Shown piece by piece: positions 59,364 through 64,000 of a stretch of DNA of 64,000 bases (the stretch's first letter is position 1; each line of letters opens with the position of its first letter). The notes under the pieces were generated by a model. That model saw only the letters and a program-made list of their open reading frames with translations, was not told the origin of the DNA and made no database searches. Location: NCBI GenBank assembly GCA_964428335.1, contig CAYRXW010000005.1, positions 79,481 through 143,480 of the forward strand, in the 5' to 3' direction. Made by a program: the position numbers and the translations under genes. The DNA comes from an uncultured Methanosarcinales archaeon. GTDB taxonomy: Archaea; Nanobdellota; Nanobdellia; Woesearchaeales; GW2011-AR15.

Positions 59364-60058
59364 TATTGGATGATATTGGGATAATCCTTCTTGAGAACCC
59401 CAGGTCAAGAGCATATATCCAGGCACTTTTTAATAGCAATATCTTGCCTTCTTTTGCAATCATATTAAACAAAACAAAAATGACCAATTGTGATTTAAAA
59501 TATAATAAGGAAAAATATTTTGATATAAATCTTGAATGTGAAAAAACAATTAAGAAAGCAAAAATACCTTTTCTAATCCTTGATTCTGACAGTTGCAATG
59601 ATGATATTGTATTAGAATCTTTAAAGAAAAGAAAAGAAAAAAATTTTATATATTCTGGTGGAGGGATATTAGGAAAAGATATACTTGGAATAAAGAAAAA
59701 ATTCATACATGTCCACCCAGGAATCGTTCCTTTTTATAAAGGAAGCACTTGCTTTTATTACAGCATTATCAATGAGGGATATATAGGGGCAACCTCGTTT
59801 TTCATGGAAGAGAATCTTGATACAGGAGATATTATTTTTCAAAAAAAATTTAATTTGCAGGATGACGAAATTGATCCAGATTACATTCTTGAGCCTTACT
59901 TAAGATCACTCGTTTTGGTTGAATCATTAAGCAACTATGCAAAAAATAAAAAGTTTAAAACAAAGAAACAAGACAAGGACTCTGGAGAAACATATTTTAT
60001 TATACATCCTGTCCTTAAGCATCTTGCATTATTAAAGATAAAAGGAGAGAAAAAATGA
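59360..60058 (+). CDS. formyltransferase-family protein (formyl_trans_N-like)
   Basis: FIHVHPGIVPFYKGSTCFYYSIINEG...FFMEENLDTGDII matches the H-x-S-LP-RG ... DTGdIi pattern of formyltransferases. Confidence 0.55.
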   Translation: MILDDIGIILLENPRSRAYIQALFNSNILPSFAIILNKTKMTNCDLKYNKEKYFDINLECEKTIKKAKIPFLILDSDSCNDDIVLESLKKRKEKNFIYSGGGILGKDILGIKKKFIHVHPGIVPFYKGSTCFYYSIINEGYIGATSFFMEENLDTGDIIFQKKFNLQDDEIDPDYILEPYLRSLVLVESLSNYAKNKKFKTKKQDKDSGETYFIIHPVLKHLALLKIKGEKK

Positions 60059-60813
60059 CTGACACATCTTATCTAGAATTTGGATCCGAGGCAAAAGACT
60101 CGAAAAAAATATATGATAAAAGACACGGGCAGGAAGCCTATGAATTCTTTATGGCTGCAAGATACTTAAAGGATATTATCGGATACAGAACAAACGATTT
60201 AACAAAGATTCATCATAAGGAAGACTTGTCCGATAACCAAAAAAAATATGCTGCCTTAAAAACATGTTTTAGGGAAGGAAATGAGCTTAAGTATTATGAG
60301 ATTGGTTCTTCTTTAATGGGTGTTATAGATTCCCTGAACTATCTAAATAGAATACATAAAGAACTGAAAGTAAAAGACATTTTGTTTATTGGTATTGATA
60401 ACTCTGACATGATGAATAAATCTGCCAAATATTTGCATGAGCATTATAAATTAGCTCTTTTTTCAGATATTGCCTTACTTGAGTGCGATTTATTTTTTGC
60501 AAAAGGTGTTTCTCTTTTATATGCTATTGATAATGAAGACTTATTTTGCAGTGTTTTAAACAGGGCAAAAATTGCAATTTTTGATTATACTTTTTCAAAT
60601 GATAAAAAAATAATTGAAAGAATAGGCACAGGAAAAGAAGTTTGTTTTTTAAGCCTAAAAGAATGCAAAAAAAAGCTAAATAAAGAGTTAATCTTAAATC
60701 CATCAACTAGAATTTCAGAAAGAAAAAATGATAGAGAAACCTTTGAATGTATCTATGGCGAAAAAGAGGCAATTAAAGAATATTTAAAAAACCTGAAAAG
60801 ATACCTAAGATAA
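60055..60813 (+). CDS. hypothetical protein (possible methyltransferase-like)
   Basis: ORF only. Translationally coupled to the upstream gene. Confidence 0.3.
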   Translation: MTDTSYLEFGSEAKDSKKIYDKRHGQEAYEFFMAARYLKDIIGYRTNDLTKIHHKEDLSDNQKKYAALKTCFREGNELKYYEIGSSLMGVIDSLNYLNRIHKELKVKDILFIGIDNSDMMNKSAKYLHEHYKLALFSDIALLECDLFFAKGVSLLYAIDNEDLFCSVLNRAKIAIFDYTFSNDKKIIERIGTGKEVCFLSLKECKKKLNKELILNPSTRISERKNDRETFECIYGEKEAIKEYLKNLKRYLR

Positions 60814-61743
60814 TTCTTTTTTCCACTCTTTTAACATATTTTCATAATTATATCTTTTATTAAAATTTTCATATTGCATATCTAAATCAGTTAAATATGG
60901 CTTAGGGTCCTTTCTAAATGAATTGTAGTATTCTAAGAAGGTTTCCAGTTTAAGATTTGGTATCAGAAGTCTTGAATCTTTTAATTCATGCCTTGCTGAA
61001 GCCAAATTAACATTAAAAACAGGCACTTTATTGGTTATAGCTTCGATTAGAGTTGATGAATGATATTCACCTTCTAGAGTTTGGCAAATAAATAATAAAT
61101 CTAATTTTGGAAGAACATCTGCAAAATAACCTGGTTCATCAATTTCTTTCCCATTAATTATTTTTGTAATTTTCCCTAATGGAATAAAATGTATTGTTGC
61201 ACCTTTAAACTTATTATGGTTTTTCTTTATTGTTTCATATATTTTTTTATCTTTTATAAGCGTGAAGCCTAAATTAAATCCTTTATGTGGCTTTTTTTCC
61301 AGTTTTCTTGAGCCTTCTGGAATTACTTTTATTTTATTTTTTAAAAACCCCAATCTAGATACAATAACCTCTTTGTTTTTTACTGAAGGAACAATCACTT
61401 TATTAGCTAAAACCATTGATAAGACTTCATCAATTACATTTAATGAAAAAAAATTATATCCGATAAACCTGCACCCTGATAAGTCATAAATTGTTTTTTT
61501 CTTATTTAATCTCCCATAAAGTATTGCACCTAGATTTCCAAGACCAACACTTAAAACTATATCTGGATTTATTTTTTTAAGCTGTTTATATGATGAAAAA
61601 TAGAATTTTTGGATTTGAAATGGTTCTTTTTCATCTTTAAAAGTAATTATCTCTGATATTAAATTCTCATGCTTTAGATTTTTTACTAATGTTACCCTTC
61701 CGCCGGGCTTTGGAAAATTCCTTGATATTGCAACAACTTTCAT
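60805..61743 (-). CDS. putative small GT-B-like glycosyltransferase
   Basis: Weak GT1/GT4-like resemblance only. Confidence 0.3.
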   Translation of the reverse strand: MKVVAISRNFPKPGGRVTLVKNLKHENLISEIITFKDEKEPFQIQKFYFSSYKQLKKINPDIVLSVGLGNLGAILYGRLNKKKTIYDLSGCRFIGYNFFSLNVIDEVLSMVLANKVIVPSVKNKEVIVSRLGFLKNKIKVIPEGSRKLEKKPHKGFNLGFTLIKDKKIYETIKKNHNKFKGATIHFIPLGKITKIINGKEIDEPGYFADVLPKLDLLFICQTLEGEYHSSTLIEAITNKVPVFNVNLASARHELKDSRLLIPNLKLETFLEYYNSFRKDPKPYLTDLDMQYENFNKRYNYENMLKEWKKELS

Positions 61744-61776
61744 TTTAAAAAAATAATGCTTTTTTTATTTAGATTA

Positions 61777-63021
61777 TTATCTCCCAATTCCCTTATAAAC
61801 TACTCCTTTTAATCTATCCTTACTTAAGCAATTCCTTCCATCAATTATTATTTTAACATTTTTTAGGTCCATTCCTTCAAGCTCCAAGAACTGCTTATGC
61901 GCTGTTGCGAGCACTAAATAAGCTGAATCTGAAACTATTTCCTTTAATGAATTATAATCTGATTTTACATGCGGATCATATACCTTGACTATTGCCCCTT
62001 TTTCCTTTAATAGGTGGATTATCTCAAAAGACGGGCTTTCCCTCACATCATCTATATTTCCCTTATATGCGAGACCTAAGACACCTACCTTTGCCCCTTT
62101 TAGGCTCTTTTTCTGTTTTTTTAGCTCATCTTCAAGCAAAGATACTGTATAATCAGGCATGCTTTCATTTATCTTCCTTGCCAGCCTTAGGAATTCATGG
62201 TCAAAATCATAATCTTTTGCCTTGTTTATCAGGTAATATGGGTCGACAGCAATACAGTGCCCACCTACTCCGCAGCCAGGGAAATGCGGCAAGAATGAAA
62301 ACGGCTTTGTTGAAGCGCCTTTTATTACTTCCATTATATCTATTCCTGCCTTGTCAAAGCTTTTGGCCATCTCATTCATGAATGCAATATTTATGTCCCT
62401 GAATGTGTTTTCCATTATCTTTGTCGCTTCTGCTTCTTTTGATGATTTTACAACTGTGACTTTTGAATCCAAGATGGATTCATAAAATTCTTTTGTCTTT
62501 ATTGCAGATTTTTCATCAATCCCGCCAACTACCCTTGGGATATTTTCTACATTCCATTTTTTATTTCCTGGATCAATTCTTTCAGGGCAATGTGAAAGAT
62601 AAAATTCTCCTTTTTTTAGTCCTGCTTTTTCAAGGATTGGAAGTATCACTTCCTCAGTTGTACCTGGGTAAACTGTTGATTCCAGAACTATTAAAGCTCC
62701 TTTTTTCATGTTTTCTGATATTGATTTTGAAGAATTTTCAACAAAAGAAAGATCTGTCTGGTGCCCATCTTTTACTGGTGTTGGGACGCAGATTATTACG
62801 ACGTCTGATTTTTTTATTTCTTTGTAATCTGATGTTGCCTTTATCATACCTTTTTTCAAGTTTATTTTTATGTAATCATCGTCCATCGGGCTGATTCCCA
62901 GATTAATTTTTTCTATTCTTTCCTTACTTATGTCTATCCCTATTACTTTATGACCTTTTTTAGCTGCTAGAATTGCCAAAGGAAGGCCTACATATCCAAG
63001 ACCGATTACTGAAACTTCCAT
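61777..63021 (-). CDS. UDP-glucose/UDP-ManNAc/GDP-mannose dehydrogenase family (nucleotide-sugar dehydrogenase)
   Basis: VIGLGYVGLPLA NAD-binding motif. Catalytic-Cys region GCGVGGHCIAVDP. Confidence 0.85.
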   Translation of the reverse strand: MEVSVIGLGYVGLPLAILAAKKGHKVIGIDISKERIEKINLGISPMDDDYIKINLKKGMIKATSDYKEIKKSDVVIICVPTPVKDGHQTDLSFVENSSKSISENMKKGALIVLESTVYPGTTEEVILPILEKAGLKKGEFYLSHCPERIDPGNKKWNVENIPRVVGGIDEKSAIKTKEFYESILDSKVTVVKSSKEAEATKIMENTFRDINIAFMNEMAKSFDKAGIDIMEVIKGASTKPFSFLPHFPGCGVGGHCIAVDPYYLINKAKDYDFDHEFLRLARKINESMPDYTVSLLEDELKKQKKSLKGAKVGVLGLAYKGNIDDVRESPSFEIIHLLKEKGAIVKVYDPHVKSDYNSLKEIVSDSAYLVLATAHKQFLELEGMDLKNVKIIIDGRNCLSKDRLKGVVYKGIGR

Positions 63022-63098
63022 ATAAGAACTTGGGAAGAATGGTTATTTAAAAAGGTTTAGAAGGATTGCTCGTTTATAGATAATAAAAAAATAAAAAA

Positions 63099-63938
63099 TT
63101 ACAGATAAACCCAGGCCTTCATGTAAAGCAGGATTGCTTCTGTATAATCTCCTTTACTAAATTTCCTATTCGCTAACTTGTATAGATCTTCAGCAAACTT
63201 ATATTTCAGTTTTCCTGCCCTTCTTAATTCGCTGTAATCTGTCTGCTCAAATTTCTCTTCAAGTATCATTTTATCTGCTTTTGCAAGAAGATAGGATATC
63301 TCATCATTCAATTTCCTTGATGCTGCAGCCTCATCAACGAAAACCATTATGGATCTTATTTCAAAGTCATTAATCCAGTACCTTTCGTCAAGGCTTGCTT
63401 CAACCTTTCTTCTTGCATATTCCATGTGATACTTTTTTGGCTTGTCCTCTATCAAGGAAAGCGCTTTTTCCTTGTAGTATCTTGGACTGTCACATGCGTC
63501 CCCTAGTCCGTCATTGTTTGTGTCAGCTTGATTTGAATTTGCAATAGAGATGCAGTTGTCATCAAAATTATTTACTGTGTCATTATCTGTATCTGGTAAT
63601 GTGTAATTTCCGTACACCAGATATTCATCAGGAATAAGTTCTGATTCATATTCTCCGTCTCCTTCATAATCAAGATACAATATGAAATCTGAGCCAATTG
63701 TTGCATCCATCCTGCCTTTGCTGTTTTCTCCTATTGAAATGTTCCTGAACTTCAGCATTATGCCTGAATCTGTCTCATTATCATATACGTACATATGAAG
63801 CGTAAACTGGCCTTCTCCTGTCGCCTCTAATAGCAGAGTATGGTTGCCTTTCCCAAGTACTGTCAGAGCTTCTGGCTCATTTTCTGGACCTGTATAAAAG
63901 TCATATTCCACTTCAGTTCCATCTTTCAAAACAGTCAT
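63099..63938 (-). CDS. hypothetical protein with thrombospondin-type-3-like Ca-binding Asp repeats; possibly N-terminally truncated by the window edge
   Basis: DTDNDTVNNFDDNC and DTNNDGLGDACD repeats. The reading frame remains open toward position 64000. Confidence 0.4.
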   Translation of the reverse strand: MTVLKDGTEVEYDFYTGPENEPEALTVLGKGNHTLLLEATGEGQFTLHMYVYDNETDSGIMLKFRNISIGENSKGRMDATIGSDFILYLDYEGDGEYESELIPDEYLVYGNYTLPDTDNDTVNNFDDNCISIANSNQADTNNDGLGDACDSPRYYKEKALSLIEDKPKKYHMEYARRKVEASLDERYWINDFEIRSIMVFVDEAAASRKLNDEISYLLAKADKMILEEKFEQTDYSELRRAGKLKYKFAEDLYKLANRKFSKGDYTEAILLYMKAWVYL

Positions 63939-64000
63939 GTCAACTGGGCTATAGATGAAAAATGAAAGGAAGGGTATGTTTGGCCCGTATGCGTGTGTAT

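Overview
AT-rich (~30% GC overall), gene-dense window, most likely an archaeal (DPANN-like) or similarly small-genome organism. Many genes appear leaderless with short or overlapping gene junctions. I found no rRNA, tRNA or CRISPR array by eye. The first ~2.8 kb is noticeably GC-richer (~40%) than the rest.

The window has three blocks:

(1) 2.1-10.7 kb, a defense island. It holds a PD-(D/E)XK nuclease and a DUF3800 protein, then a translationally coupled Type I R-M operon in the order hsdM-hsdS-ABC-type ATPase-hsdR. This is the same order as the E. coli prr locus, where the anticodon nuclease PrrC sits between hsdS and hsdR. HsdS carries a 4 x 12-bp in-frame tandem repeat ((ELEA)4) in its central conserved region.

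(2) 11-22 kb, mixed housekeeping and accessory genes. Calls here: rhomboid protease, parvulin PPIase, RadC/JAB protein, a membrane-anchored P-loop ATPase, a 655-aa unknown protein, SAM methyltransferases, and a DMT transporter preceded by an unlisted 44-aa zinc-ribbon ORF.

(3) 22-64 kb, a very large glycan and cell-surface biosynthesis region. Its components:
- two ATP-grasp ligases with a GNAT acetyltransferase and a PP-loop-like protein;
- a HerA-like DUF87 ATPase coupled to an AsnB-like PP-loop protein;
- GT4, GT9 and CgeB-like glycosyltransferases, a carbamoyltransferase and an SGNH-like hydrolase;
- a putative UDP-glucuronate decarboxylase and a nucleotide-sugar dehydrogenase;
- a complete ADP-L-glycero-D-manno-heptose pathway with unusual domain fusions (HldE domain II alone; HldE domain I fused to GmhA; GmhB fused to a GT4 domain; HldD next to a GT9 heptosyltransferase);
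- an N-formyl amino-sugar module (PseB-like dehydratase, DegT aminotransferase, two formyltransferase paralogs) next to FolD and 5-formyl-THF cyclo-ligase;
- a B12-binding radical SAM enzyme and a Wzx-like flippase;
- an operon resembling the Campylobacter O-methyl phosphoramidate (MeOPN) pathway: a PEP-utilising-enzyme-type putative L-glutamine kinase fused to an N-terminal HxGH cytidylyltransferase domain, a class-I glutamine-amidotransferase-like hydrolase, a sugar-phosphate nucleotidyltransferase and an adjacent methyltransferase.

All functional calls are from motif recognition in the supplied translations. No database searches were run.
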